NCBI GenBank assembly: GCA_965243025.1
Contig: CBDETY010000003.1
Coordinates: 4,320,001 to 4,384,000, forward strand
DNA from: Candidatus Latescibacterota bacterium
GTDB taxonomy: Bacteria > Latescibacterota > UBA2968 > UBA8231
Reading direction: 5' to 3'
DNA length: 64,000 nt
Numbering within the stretch: the first letter of the stretch is position 1; every line of letters begins with the position of its first letter. The position numbers were made by a program, and so were the translations under genes. Shown here one piece after another: positions 29,983 through 39,424 of the stretch. Under the pieces are notes generated by a model, which was not told the origin of the DNA, ran no database searches, and saw only the letters and a program-made list of their open reading frames with translations.

Positions 29983-31917
29983 TCACGGCCCCCACGGCCG
30001 CCGCGCCACCTGCTGCCGGAGCTCGGCGCAGGCCCGCGGCTGATACTCCGGCCACTGCGTCTCGCGCAGGTCGAAGCCGAAGGCCCGCTTGCTCAGCACG
30101 ATCAGCGGCGGCGACTGGATCCTCTTGAAGAAGCTCGAGCGCAGCTGGCGCTCCACCCGGTCGAGATCTTCCAGCCAGGCGGCGGCATCGGCGAAGTGGG
30201 CGCTGAAGGCCTTCCAGTCCCCCCACTCCAGCCGTTCCAACAGCTCCCCCCGCAGGTACCAGCGCATCAGGTCGGCCGGGTGGCGCCGGTACTCGATCAG
30301 CTGCCGCAGGACGGCGTCGTGGTACCCGTACCTGATCGGGTCCCCCATCCCCCGGGTGACGTCCTGCTCCGGCGACAGCTCGGCGCTGGGCACCGTCTCC
30401 ATGCTCAGCAGGTTCTCCGGGATCACCTCGCGCCCGTAGACGGCGTCGTTGAGGTACCTGCCGAGGGCGAACACCTGCACCTTGTAGAGATCCCCGAGCG
30501 GGGAGACGGCCCCGTCGAGGTCGCCGTACAGGGTCGTGTACCCGAGGGCGAGCTCGGTCTTGTTGCCGTTGTTGGTGAAGATGAGCCCGTGCTTGGCGGC
30601 GATGCCGGCGAGGAGGTCTGAGAAGCGGATGCGGGCCTGGATGTTCTCGTCGACGAGGCGGTCGTAGCGCCCCTGCGAACGCGGGAAGACGATCCCCTCG
30701 ATGCGGGCGGCGACCTGCCGGTAGAGGTCTTCGATCGGACAGCTGAGGTAGTCTACCCGCAGGCGCTCGCACAGGAGGCGGGCGTTGTCGCGGGTGACGC
30801 CGGCGTTGTGGCGGGTCGGCATGTTGACGGCGAAGACGCGGTCCGCCCCGAAGGTCCGCTCCAACAGGCAGGCGACCACGCTTGAGTCGATGCCGCCGCT
30901 GACGCCGACGAGAAAGCGGTTCTCGCCGCCGCGCACGTGGTCGAGGTGCCGCAGCCCGGTGCGGATGGCGCAGTACACGGACTCGACCTCCTCCTGCTCG
31001 CGCGGCGCTTCCGGTGCCGGCGGGCCGGAGGCTTCCCCGGCCGGGTTCAGCACGAGGAGCTCCTCCTCCCAGGGGCGCGCCCGGCGCCTGACGCCGCCGT
31101 CGCTGCCGTAGAAGGTCGAGTCGCCGTCGAATACGACGATGTTCTTGCCGTTGTTCTGGGCCCCGACCTGGTTGACGTAGAAGAAGGGTAGCGGCGAGCG
31201 CTTCAGGATGTCGCGGACGACGCGGTTGCGCTTGTCGTTCTTGCGCCAGGTCCAGGGAGAGGAGGAGAGGTTGAAGACGGCCTGCGCCTCGCGCTCGCGG
31301 TAGGCGGCGAGGGTGTCGAGGATGTCGCCGTCGCAGCCGTAGTCCCGGCACCAGATATCCTCGCACAGCTGGACGCCGAAGCGGAAGCGCCTCCCGTCTC
31401 CCAATCCCACCTCGAACGGAACCATCCAGTCGTACACCGAACGCCCCTCCGAAGCGGCGAGCTTGCGCAGCGAGTAGAAGTGCCGGTCGTCGTCGAAGAA
31501 GCGGTAGTTCGGGTGCAGGGTCTTCGGCTGGACCCCGGGGGGCAGCCCCTCCGGCAGGCCGGGGCGGGAGACGTACTCGCCGTCGCTGCAGACGTACACG
31601 GCGTTGTACTTGCGCATGCGCCCGTCCTCCCCGATGCGCGCCCGGTCGACGGCGACGTTGCCGAAGAGGACGGTGATCCCCTCGCTGGCGCCGCGGATAT
31701 CCTCGCTGTACCCGGAGAAGTCGGCAGCCAGCTCGTCCACCTCCCAGAGGTCGCCGACGATGTAGCCGCTGACGCAGAGCTCGGAAAAGACCACCACCTC
31801 GGCTCCCCGGCGCCGCGCCTCGCCGATGTAGTCCAGCATCGACGCGGCGTTGAGGTCGGGGCGGCCCGGTTTCACCTCCATCTGCACCAGGCCGATGCGC
31901 GGCAGGACTTCGGTCAT
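29983..31917 (-). CDS. nadE: Glutamine-dependent NAD+ synthetase
   Basis: Nitrilase domain with E-K-C triad (FSEL, PKTLHPNY, LCEDIW) plus synthetase domain (GVSGGIDS, ENIQAR, NGNKTE..LGY.TLYGD, PSAEL). Confidence 0.93.
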   Translation of the reverse strand: MTEVLPRIGLVQMEVKPGRPDLNAASMLDYIGEARRRGAEVVVFSELCVSGYIVGDLWEVDELAADFSGYSEDIRGASEGITVLFGNVAVDRARIGEDGRMRKYNAVYVCSDGEYVSRPGLPEGLPPGVQPKTLHPNYRFFDDDRHFYSLRKLAASEGRSVYDWMVPFEVGLGDGRRFRFGVQLCEDIWCRDYGCDGDILDTLAAYREREAQAVFNLSSSPWTWRKNDKRNRVVRDILKRSPLPFFYVNQVGAQNNGKNIVVFDGDSTFYGSDGGVRRRARPWEEELLVLNPAGEASGPPAPEAPREQEEVESVYCAIRTGLRHLDHVRGGENRFLVGVSGGIDSSVVACLLERTFGADRVFAVNMPTRHNAGVTRDNARLLCERLRVDYLSCPIEDLYRQVAARIEGIVFPRSQGRYDRLVDENIQARIRFSDLLAGIAAKHGLIFTNNGNKTELALGYTTLYGDLDGAVSPLGDLYKVQVFALGRYLNDAVYGREVIPENLLSMETVPSAELSPEQDVTRGMGDPIRYGYHDAVLRQLIEYRRHPADLMRWYLRGELLERLEWGDWKAFSAHFADAAAWLEDLDRVERQLRSSFFKRIQSPPLIVLSKRAFGFDLRETQWPEYQPRACAELRQQVARRPWGP

Positions 31918-31968
31918 TGACAAAATCGGGACGCGGAAGCGCCTGGCTCGCAAAGCGCCTGAACGAGT

Positions 31969-33126
31969 CTACAGGGCCGCCGCCTGCGCCGGCGCCGAAA
32001 CCACTTCCGGGCGGCGGGACGCCTCGCGAATGCACTCGCACAGCAGCGGGATGCCGTCGCGGATGTCCTCCAGGGAGGTGTAGCCGAAGGCGAGGCGGAT
32101 GTTGGGCACTTCGACGTTGCGCACGTGGAAGCCGGCCCCGGCGGCGTACCGCACTCCCCGTTCGGCGGCGAGGTCGTTCAGCTTTTTCAGGTCGGTCCCA
32201 TCGGGAAGCGTCACCCAGACGAACAGCCCCCCGACCGGACGCGACCACGTGCAGATGTCGCCGGCGCCGCGCTCCAGCTCCTCGAACAGGGCGTCCCGCT
32301 TCTCCTTCAGGGCGGCGTTGGTGCGCGCGCAGTGCTCCCACAGCCGGCCGCGGAAGTACCCGGCTACGACCGCGGCGGCCAGCAGGCTGTTGCCCCCGTC
32401 GTAGCGGCGGTCGAGAATGCGCCCGAGCAGCGGGGGCCGCGCGATGAAGTAGCCGAGGCGGACGCCGGGGCCGAAGATCTTCGACAGCGAGCAGATGTAG
32501 ACCTGGTTGGGCCCGTCGTCGAGGGCGTACAGGGCCGGCTCCTTCTCCCCCTCGTAATGGACGTCGCCGTAGCAGTTGTCCTCGACGACGACGCAGTCGA
32601 AACGCTGCGCCACCTCGAGGAGCTCGAGGCGGCGGGCGCGCGGCATCACCGAGCCGGTCGGGTTCTGGTAGGTGGCGAGAGTGTAGATGAACCGCGGCGG
32701 CGTCCCTTGGTCGTGCAGGCGCCGGAGGGTCTCCTCGAGGGCGTCGACGCGCATGCCGTGCCGGTCGAGAGGCACCCCCACCATCTCGATGCCGAGGCGG
32801 CGGTACACCGCGATTGTTCCGCTGTAGGTCAGCTCCTCGGTGACGGCGATGTCCTCCTTCCCCTTCATCAGGGCCTCGGCCACCAGGGTCACCGCCTGCA
32901 TCGAGCCGTTGGTCAGGGCGATGCTTTCCGGGGTGACCTCGATTCCCTCGCGGTCGGATTCCCTTTGGGCCATCACTTCCCGCAGCCCGTCGTGGCCGAG
33001 GTCCCCCGGGTAGCGGACGAAGGCCTCGCCGACCTCCTGTATCGCCGACGCTGCCGCCCCGGCCAGCGCCTCGACCGGGAACGTCGCCGGATTGGTGCAG
33101 CCACTGCCGAATTCGTACTCGCGCAT
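31969..33126 (-). CDS. PLP-dependent class I/II aminotransferase (LysN/ARO8/MocR-like, no HTH)
   Basis: YTLATYQNPTG, VVEDNCY, SLSKIFGPGVRLG, PVGGLFVW, IRLAF. Confidence 0.9.
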   Translation of the reverse strand: MREYEFGSGCTNPATFPVEALAGAAASAIQEVGEAFVRYPGDLGHDGLREVMAQRESDREGIEVTPESIALTNGSMQAVTLVAEALMKGKEDIAVTEELTYSGTIAVYRRLGIEMVGVPLDRHGMRVDALEETLRRLHDQGTPPRFIYTLATYQNPTGSVMPRARRLELLEVAQRFDCVVVEDNCYGDVHYEGEKEPALYALDDGPNQVYICSLSKIFGPGVRLGYFIARPPLLGRILDRRYDGGNSLLAAAVVAGYFRGRLWEHCARTNAALKEKRDALFEELERGAGDICTWSRPVGGLFVWVTLPDGTDLKKLNDLAAERGVRYAAGAGFHVRNVEVPNIRLAFGYTSLEDIRDGIPLLCECIREASRRPEVVSAPAQAAAL

Positions 33127-33194
33127 CTTCCTTCTCTCTCCTTTTCAGCCCGTTGAAACAGTCCATCCGGACTGCGGCCGGCCCTTGCGGGCGG

Positions 33195-34202
33195 CTATGG
33201 GGAAACTCGCTTCAGTCCCGGGTTCTCCGTTATCCCCGGCACGCGGCCTAGCTTGGCGACCGGGCGGCCCTCCACCTCCTTGAGGTCCATGGTGAAGTCG
33301 ACGGCCGGGGCGGCGCTGACGGCGCTGCCGACCCCGAAAGCGTCGACCGGGGCGCCGGCCTCGACGAAATATCGGATGCGCCGGGCGTCGATGCCGCCCG
33401 AGACGACGATCCTGACGTTCCGGTGCCCCGCTTCGTCCAGGCGCCGGCGGGTCTCGCCGACCAGCTCGGCGGTGACTCCGCCCCTTTCGCTCGCCGTGTC
33501 GAGGCGCACCCCCCGGAGCCGCTCCTTCAGCGCTGCCGCCACCCGCACGCTCTCCTCGGGCTCGGGGAGGAAGGTGTCGACGAGGGCGATGCGGTCGACG
33601 TCCGCCTCGATCACCCGGTCGAACATCCGCGTCGCTTCCAGGGTGTCGCCGACAACGAGGATCAGGGCGTGCGGCAGGGTGCCGCTCGGCTGCCTGCCGG
33701 CCAGCCGGGCCCCGGCCGTGGTCGCGCAGCCGCTGAAGCCGCCGACGCAGGCGGCGTATTCCATGCGGCTGCTGACGTCGGGATGCAGGTGGCGGGCCCC
33801 GAAGCCCATCACCGGGATGCCGGCGGCGGCCTCGACGCATTCAGCCGCCGCGGTCGCCCAGCCGGTGCCGCTGCTGAGCATTCCCAGCAGGGCGGTTTCG
33901 TAGAGGCAGAACCGGCGGTACGGGGCGCGCACCCGGAGAACCACCTCCTTCGGCCCGAAGCGGCTGCCCTCCTCCAGGCTCCAGACCTCCCCTTCACCGG
34001 CCAGGGCCTCCCGCAGCAGGGCGTGCACCTCGCGCATGCCGCACAACAGGGCGCCCCGGCGCGCGAACACCTCCGCCGCCACCACGGGGTCGAGGCCTTC
34101 GGCGTCGAGGATGCGGGCGGTGCGCCTGAAGTAGACGTCGGCGTTCTCCCCCTCCAGCGTCGCCGCGCTCGGCGCGAACAGCTGCTGCGGGACGGGCTGC
34201 AC
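33195..34202 (-). CDS. pncB: Nicotinate phosphoribosyltransferase (short type)
   Basis: DVYF.RT, FGARHLHP, GTLPHAL, ALVDTF, VRLDT, VSGG, FGVGS; adjacent to pncA. Confidence 0.9.
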   Translation of the reverse strand: MQPVPQQLFAPSAATLEGENADVYFRRTARILDAEGLDPVVAAEVFARRGALLCGMREVHALLREALAGEGEVWSLEEGSRFGPKEVVLRVRAPYRRFCLYETALLGMLSSGTGWATAAAECVEAAAGIPVMGFGARHLHPDVSSRMEYAACVGGFSGCATTAGARLAGRQPSGTLPHALILVVGDTLEATRMFDRVIEADVDRIALVDTFLPEPEESVRVAAALKERLRGVRLDTASERGGVTAELVGETRRRLDEAGHRNVRIVVSGGIDARRIRYFVEAGAPVDAFGVGSAVSAAPAVDFTMDLKEVEGRPVAKLGRVPGITENPGLKRVSP

Positions 34203-34208
34203 GCTGTT

Positions 34209-34739
34209 TCAGCCGCGGTTGGTGATGCGGGCCCCGAGGATCTTCTCCATGTGCCCGAGGGCCCACTCGTGCTGCTCCGGGTCGAAGCTGGCGACGCAGT
34301 CGGCGGGAACCTCCACCTTGTAGTCGCGGTTGCGCAGTCCGGAAACGGTGTGCAGCACGCAGATGTCGGTGCAATCCCCCATGACGACGACCTCCTCCGG
34401 CTTCAGCTCTTGCAGCTGCGCCGCCAGGTCGGTCTCGAAGAAGGCGGAGTAGCGGCGCTTGCGGACGATGCGGGCGCCGGCCGCCAGGTCGGCCAGCTCG
34501 GGGATGATCTCCTCCTCGCCGGAGCCCTCGACGCAGTGGGGGGGAAACATCTCGAACTCGGCGTCGTCGGGGGCGTGGGTGTCCCTGGTGAAAAAGACTG
34601 CGGCGCCCTCCGCTTTTTCCCGCTCCACGCGGGCGCGCAGGGGGGAGATGATTTCGCGGGCCCCGTCGCCGCAGTAGAGCGTGCCGCCGGGAGTCATGAA
34701 GCCGTTCTGCATGTCGACAACGATTACAGCTCTGGCCAT
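34209..34739 (-). CDS. pncA: Nicotinamidase / isochorismatase-family cysteine hydrolase
   Basis: VVDMQNGF, DTH, PPHC, KRRYSAF, GDCTDICV; context with pncB and nadE. Confidence 0.85.
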   Translation of the reverse strand: MARAVIVVDMQNGFMTPGGTLYCGDGAREIISPLRARVEREKAEGAAVFFTRDTHAPDDAEFEMFPPHCVEGSGEEEIIPELADLAAGARIVRKRRYSAFFETDLAAQLQELKPEEVVVMGDCTDICVLHTVSGLRNRDYKVEVPADCVASFDPEQHEWALGHMEKILGARITNRG

Positions 34740-34810
34740 ATGCCCACCTCCGTGAATCCGTGGTCGGCCCGGGTATCAGCGAGAATATATGGGAGCCGGA
34801 AAGTCGCGGC

Positions 34811-35071
34811 CCGGTTCACCCGTGCAGGATCGCGTGCCCCTTGCCGAAAAACCACGTCAGATCGATCCCGTACGAGATGCCGACGCCGGGGCGTCGAAGG
34901 CCCCGGTTCATCCGTGCAGGATCGCGTGCCCCTTGCCGAAAAACCAGGTCAGATCGATCCCGTACGAGATGCCGACGCCGGGGCGTCAAAGGCCCCGGTT
35001 CATCCGTGCAGGATCGCGTGCCCCTTGCCGAAAAACCAGGTCAGATCGATCCCGTACGAGATGCCGACGCC
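34811..35071. repeat. Tandem triplication (92-bp period) of the last 24 codons of the DUF6785 gene plus a 20-bp linker
   Basis: 72-bp copies at 35000-35071 (in gene), 34908-34979 (identical) and 34816-34887 (2 substitutions). Confidence 0.95.
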
Positions 35072-36973
35072 CAGGTAGAAGCCGACGATCAGGCCGATGA
35101 AGAAGGGGCGCAGGTCCCGGTACAGTGTGATCCCCCCCGTTCTCATGATGACCACCTTGCAGGCCCAGGCGATGAACACCCCGGTCCAGATCAGCCTCAT
35201 GTTCCAGAGCGAGGCCATGGTCAGGCCGACCGGGTGCAGCGGCCACCAGGAAAACCTGTACTGGCAGACCGAAAGGACCGAGTACACAAGGGCGCCCGCT
35301 CCGAACAGGGAGAGCTTCGTCCAGTCGGTGGTCTCCGGGTTGCCGAGACGGCGGGTCACCTCGTCGAAGGCGCGGCCCCCGGCCCCTGCCCCGGGGTCGA
35401 AGAACCAGGAGCGGAAGTTGCCGGCCCCGTGCTTGTAGCAGATGACCAGCACGAAGTAGATGCTCACGACGAACCCGACGACAACGGCGATGGCGATGGC
35501 GATCGCCAGCCGCCGCTGGTGGCGTCCGAGCTCGTTGAGGCGGGCCCCGTGGGCCGCCGCGGTCATGAAGATCGACTGGATGTCGCTGGCCCAGGAGTAC
35601 GACAGGGCGATCCCGACCAGGGCGTGGGGGTTGACGTCGGTCCCGGTGATCGCCGTGGTCAGCGCCTGGGGACTGAAGGTCGCGGTGATGTAGAGCACCC
35701 CCGACTGTATCGCCAGGCGGGTTATGCCGATGTAGACGATCATCACCGAGGCGAGCAGCAGCACGGCGATGTGGAGATCGATCCCCGACTTCCAGAACCA
35801 TGCCAGGATGTACACGGCAGCGGCGATGCCCCCGATCACGGCGAGGCGGTAGGAGCACATCTCCCGGGAGTCGTCGAGCTCGCCGGTGCGCCCGAAGACC
35901 GAGCCCAGCACCGCGCGCAGGTGCCTGCGCGCCATCCAGAACCCCCAGACCACCATCGCCGCGAAGGCGCCGCCGCACTGCCAGGACAACGCCTGCGTCG
36001 GGCTGTAGATGTAGGCGTCGGGGGTGACCGTCAGACCGGCCCAGTTGGCGACCGCGGCCTCGGCGGTCAGCAGGAAATAGAAGAACCAGACGCTGAAGGA
36101 AATCGGCGTGGCGATCAGGTAGACGAAGCCGATTACCGGGAAGTACATGCGCACGAGGATGTCCGGCGCTCCCGGAAACAGCGGGAAGGAGATGCCGCGG
36201 TGGACGTCGAGCCGCGGAAAGCCGGGGTGCCAGAAGCTGATGGTGTTGAAGAGGATGACCCCGAGCGGCACGGCGCAGCCGATCCAGAAGGCGCGGGAGT
36301 TGAGGATGGGGGGCAGGCTGCGGCCCGGCTGGTCCTCGGCGAGCAGGCGCGGCACCTCGGTCACGGGAAACACCAGGCGCTCGTTGTCGACCCACTGCCG
36401 GCGCATGACGACGACGACGCAGAAGCAGAGGAAGTAGACCGCGAAGATGATGCTCAGCCACCATGCAAGCGGTCCCAGCCAGGCATCGAACGGCACCGGC
36501 ATGCCGCGCGGGGAGCCCTCGTAGAAGTAGCGCATGGCGTCGTTGTCGGGGCTGGGGATGATCCACTCCGGCAGGTACGGCTGCAGGTACACCGCCCACT
36601 GGTTTTCGGGGGTGGCCCCGTAGTACGGCTTGGAGGGAATCGACATCAGCAGGCCGACGATGAAAATCGGGATGCCGCTCGTGACCAGGCCCATGGTTAC
36701 GATGGTGATCAGCTCGGGCGTACGCAGCGCCCAGGAGCGTTTCAGCTTCCTGACGAGGCCGTTGGCGAGAACGATGACGATGAAGGAGAAGCCGACGCTG
36801 ACCGGGAAGAACGACCAGGTGATCTCCGAGGAGCCGACCATCCAGATGGAAGTGGGAGCCCCGATGCAGATGAGGAGCACGACGCAGAGCCCGAGAATCG
36901 CCGAGCGGAGCGTCAGGCCGGAGCGGATACCGGGCGGGGGTGCAGCCATACAACGGAAGGAGACGTTGTCCAT
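35000..36973 (-). CDS. Polytopic membrane protein, DUF6785/DUF6784 family (putative transporter)
   Basis: Many TM helices; PYYGATPENQW, QWVDNERLVFP, WWPLHPVG, PFFIGLIVG motifs. Confidence 0.75.
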   Translation of the reverse strand: MDNVSFRCMAAPPPGIRSGLTLRSAILGLCVVLLICIGAPTSIWMVGSSEITWSFFPVSVGFSFIVIVLANGLVRKLKRSWALRTPELITIVTMGLVTSGIPIFIVGLLMSIPSKPYYGATPENQWAVYLQPYLPEWIIPSPDNDAMRYFYEGSPRGMPVPFDAWLGPLAWWLSIIFAVYFLCFCVVVVMRRQWVDNERLVFPVTEVPRLLAEDQPGRSLPPILNSRAFWIGCAVPLGVILFNTISFWHPGFPRLDVHRGISFPLFPGAPDILVRMYFPVIGFVYLIATPISFSVWFFYFLLTAEAAVANWAGLTVTPDAYIYSPTQALSWQCGGAFAAMVVWGFWMARRHLRAVLGSVFGRTGELDDSREMCSYRLAVIGGIAAAVYILAWFWKSGIDLHIAVLLLASVMIVYIGITRLAIQSGVLYITATFSPQALTTAITGTDVNPHALVGIALSYSWASDIQSIFMTAAAHGARLNELGRHQRRLAIAIAIAVVVGFVVSIYFVLVICYKHGAGNFRSWFFDPGAGAGGRAFDEVTRRLGNPETTDWTKLSLFGAGALVYSVLSVCQYRFSWWPLHPVGLTMASLWNMRLIWTGVFIAWACKVVIMRTGGITLYRDLRPFFIGLIVGFYLGVGISYGIDLTWFFGKGHAILHG

Positions 36974-36983
36974 GCCGGGGACT

Positions 36984-37805
36984 TCAGGGAATCCTCAACG
37001 AGGCCCCCGTACCGGCGTACATATCTGCCGCCGACTCGTTCAGCCCGACCCCTGCCCGGATATCCCACTGGAAATCCTCCGCCAGAAGCCGGGTGAGCCC
37101 GCCGTTGGCGTAGTGCTCGGTCCTGGGATCCCCCGGTTCCCGGTGGAAGAACGCGTACCACTCCGCGTAGAGACCGGTGCGGGCGCCAACGGCCAGCCCG
37201 GCTGCAAGCGACTGGGCCCACTCCGGATAGCCGCCCCCCGAGCCTCCCGCTGCCCGGTTCAACTGCGTGCTGCCGGCCAGGGAGACCTCCCCGGTGACGT
37301 CCCAGCTGTAGGTGAGGTTCACCCCGGGCAGGGTCAGGTCGCTGGTGAAGGCATCGCTTCCGGTGGGCAGCGTCATCTGCGGGATGAGAGCCGCCGCCGG
37401 ACGGACGCCCTCCTGTTCCATGAGAGCCAGCTTCAGGCCGAGGTAGAGATCCTCCATGCCGGTCTCGCCAGGACCCCCGTCCACCCCGGTGCGCTCCACT
37501 ACCGGGCTCACGCCAAGCCGGAGCTCCAGCCAGTCCGCCAGCAAGCCGGCGCGAAGGAGAGGCTCTCCGAGGGAATGGGCCCAGCCCCCCTCGTCGCCCG
37601 GCCGGTCGTACTCGAGCGTGTAGCCGAACTCGATCTGCACGACGCCCCGGCCGACGGTCACCGTCGCCTCGGTGAAATCCGGGCGGTCCCCGACCAGGGG
37701 CCCCGGCTGCCCCTGCGCCCCCTCCACGGCAGCCAACCCCATTCCGCCGACCAGCAACAGCCATCCACCCGCTGTAATGCATTTCGTCCTTCTTGTTCTG
37801 TTCAT
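36984..37805 (-). CDS. Outer-membrane 'transporter' (Phenol_MetA_deg-like beta-barrel)
   Basis: Signal peptide, DRPDFTE..TV..G.VQIE.G, D..LG.K, QWD..AG.GL, terminal G.S.R. Confidence 0.8.
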   Translation of the reverse strand: MNRTRRTKCITAGGWLLLVGGMGLAAVEGAQGQPGPLVGDRPDFTEATVTVGRGVVQIEFGYTLEYDRPGDEGGWAHSLGEPLLRAGLLADWLELRLGVSPVVERTGVDGGPGETGMEDLYLGLKLALMEQEGVRPAAALIPQMTLPTGSDAFTSDLTLPGVNLTYSWDVTGEVSLAGSTQLNRAAGGSGGGYPEWAQSLAAGLAVGARTGLYAEWYAFFHREPGDPRTEHYANGGLTRLLAEDFQWDIRAGVGLNESAADMYAGTGASLRIP

Positions 37806-37874
37806 TTCATCCCTTGTGATAGGTTTCGCCCTGGCGTCCCGGCCGTCTCCTCCCTGCGGGCCACGCGCGGGGTG

Positions 37875-38588
37875 TCAGATCCACTCGCCCCGCTGCCGCG
37901 CCCGGTTGATCAGGATTCGCTGCTTGTCGTTCTCGTTGAGGCAGGGCTCGAACTTTTCAAGGAACTCCGCCAACTTCTCCTCCGGAGTACCCTCCGTCGT
38001 ATCGATGCTGATCTTGTTGCGAATGGCCGAGCGCTCGAACTCGGTCTCGAATTCCCTCATTACCCGCTCGATATCCGCTTCCTTCAGGACCCCGTTGGGG
38101 TGCGGGTTCTCCTTCATTCTGCCCGCGATCGTCTCCGCGGATGCCCTGACCAGAACCAGGGTCATGTCGGGCGCCAGTTCCACGATGCTCTTCTCGAAAT
38201 GACCGAGAACGGCCTGACGGGCCCAGGCCCGTTCGCCCACGTAGTAATCGAAATACAGCTGCCCGTAGACGGCGTTCTCGATGTGGAGGCCGATGGCGAC
38301 GTAGTCCGGGTTGCGGAGGGCCCCGGGGGCGGTGTGATAGGCGAGGCTGTGGCGCTGCATCATCTCCTTGACCTTGGGGGGAAGGGCAAGGATCTGCTCC
38401 TGCTCCCCGGGGGTTAACAGGTTCTCGTCGTCGAGCCCGGGATGCCCGCTTATGTGGGGAATCTTCCAGTGGTCGTGGATCATCCTCAGGCCGTTGCCCT
38501 CACCCATGACCTCGCGGCTCCAGCGCTGAAGCCCGACGGCGAGTGTGGTGGTGCCCGCGTACTCGCAGCCAATCAGGATCGCTCTCAT
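37875..38588 (-). CDS. Hypothetical nucleotide-kinase-like protein with degenerate P-loop
   Basis: MRAILIGCEYAGTTTLA; LVLVRASAETIAGRM; ISIDTT; RBS AAAGGA. Confidence 0.65.
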   Translation of the reverse strand: MRAILIGCEYAGTTTLAVGLQRWSREVMGEGNGLRMIHDHWKIPHISGHPGLDDENLLTPGEQEQILALPPKVKEMMQRHSLAYHTAPGALRNPDYVAIGLHIENAVYGQLYFDYYVGERAWARQAVLGHFEKSIVELAPDMTLVLVRASAETIAGRMKENPHPNGVLKEADIERVMREFETEFERSAIRNKISIDTTEGTPEEKLAEFLEKFEPCLNENDKQRILINRARQRGEWI

Positions 38589-38811
38589 CTTTTCCTTTCG
38601 CGGATCGGTCGGTTCGTCCGCCGTCGCAGCGGACTGTTCGGGGTTGCCTCCGGGAGGAGGTTGACAATTTCGCGCAACCAACGCCATATGGTAGAGGGTT
38701 CGCGGCGAAAATAACTCCGGCCGCACAGCCCCGGGCAGCTTATCCCCTGGGAAATGCTGTCCATTTCCGAGGAGGGACCGGACCCTCCGTGCAATCTGGA
38801 GAGGAGATACC

Positions 38812-39411
38812 ATGCGCGTAGCGGTAATCGGTGCGGACCGGCCCTGGGGTGCGCTGCTGGCAGCCGGGTTGGGTTCCGGCTTCGAAGTGGCGGCGATCGG
38901 CGGGGAAGAGACCAGCGGCCTGGCCGGCTACCGGCAGGCCGACCTGCTCCAGCGCGAGTCGCTGGACCCGGCCCTGGCCGGCGCCGAAGCGATCATTCAC
39001 GCGGCCGCCAGCGAACCGGCCGGCGACGACGGACAGGCCCTGCTCGACTCGGCGGCTCGGGGCACCTACGTGGCGCTGACGGCCGCCTGCGCCGCCGGCA
39101 TCGGGAAAGCGGTGCTGCTGAGTCGTCTCGACCTGGTGCGGGATTACCCGGAAGAATTCCTGGTCGATCCGCAGTGGAACGCACTTCCGCGGGCCGAGGC
39201 CGGGTCGCTGGCCCCGCATATGGCCGAGCTGGTCGGCCGCGAGATCGCCCGCACCGGCCGGATCGAGGTGCGCTGTCTGCGCCTGGGGGATCTCGGCACG
39301 GAAACCACGGCCGAGGACGCCGTTGCGGCAGTGGGTCAGGCCCTTTCCTCCGAACGGAAAGGCCATCACTGGTCGCTGGAGCACGTGGCGTCCAGCGGGC
39401 GCTTCGCCTGA
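38812..39411 (+). CDS. Degenerate NAD-dependent epimerase/SDR-like protein
   Basis: RVAVIGAD, ADL...L.PALAGAEAIIHAA, GTY..L.AA..AGI.K.VLLS, CLRLG; lacks YxxxK; RBS GAGGAG. Confidence 0.65.
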   Translation: MRVAVIGADRPWGALLAAGLGSGFEVAAIGGEETSGLAGYRQADLLQRESLDPALAGAEAIIHAAASEPAGDDGQALLDSAARGTYVALTAACAAGIGKAVLLSRLDLVRDYPEEFLVDPQWNALPRAEAGSLAPHMAELVGREIARTGRIEVRCLRLGDLGTETTAEDAVAAVGQALSSERKGHHWSLEHVASSGRFA

Positions 39412-39424
39412 GAGGAATGGGACC

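Noticed and set aside
34811-35071. CRISPR array or DGR template/variable repeat
   Set aside because: Units are 72-bp gene-derived copies with near-identical linkers and no unique spacers. The differences do not show a consistent adenine-specific pattern, and there is no cas or reverse-transcriptase gene in the window.
38661-38692. Promoter with perfect TTGACA upstream of the SDR pair
   Set aside because: No convincing -10 hexamer at 16-18 bp spacing.
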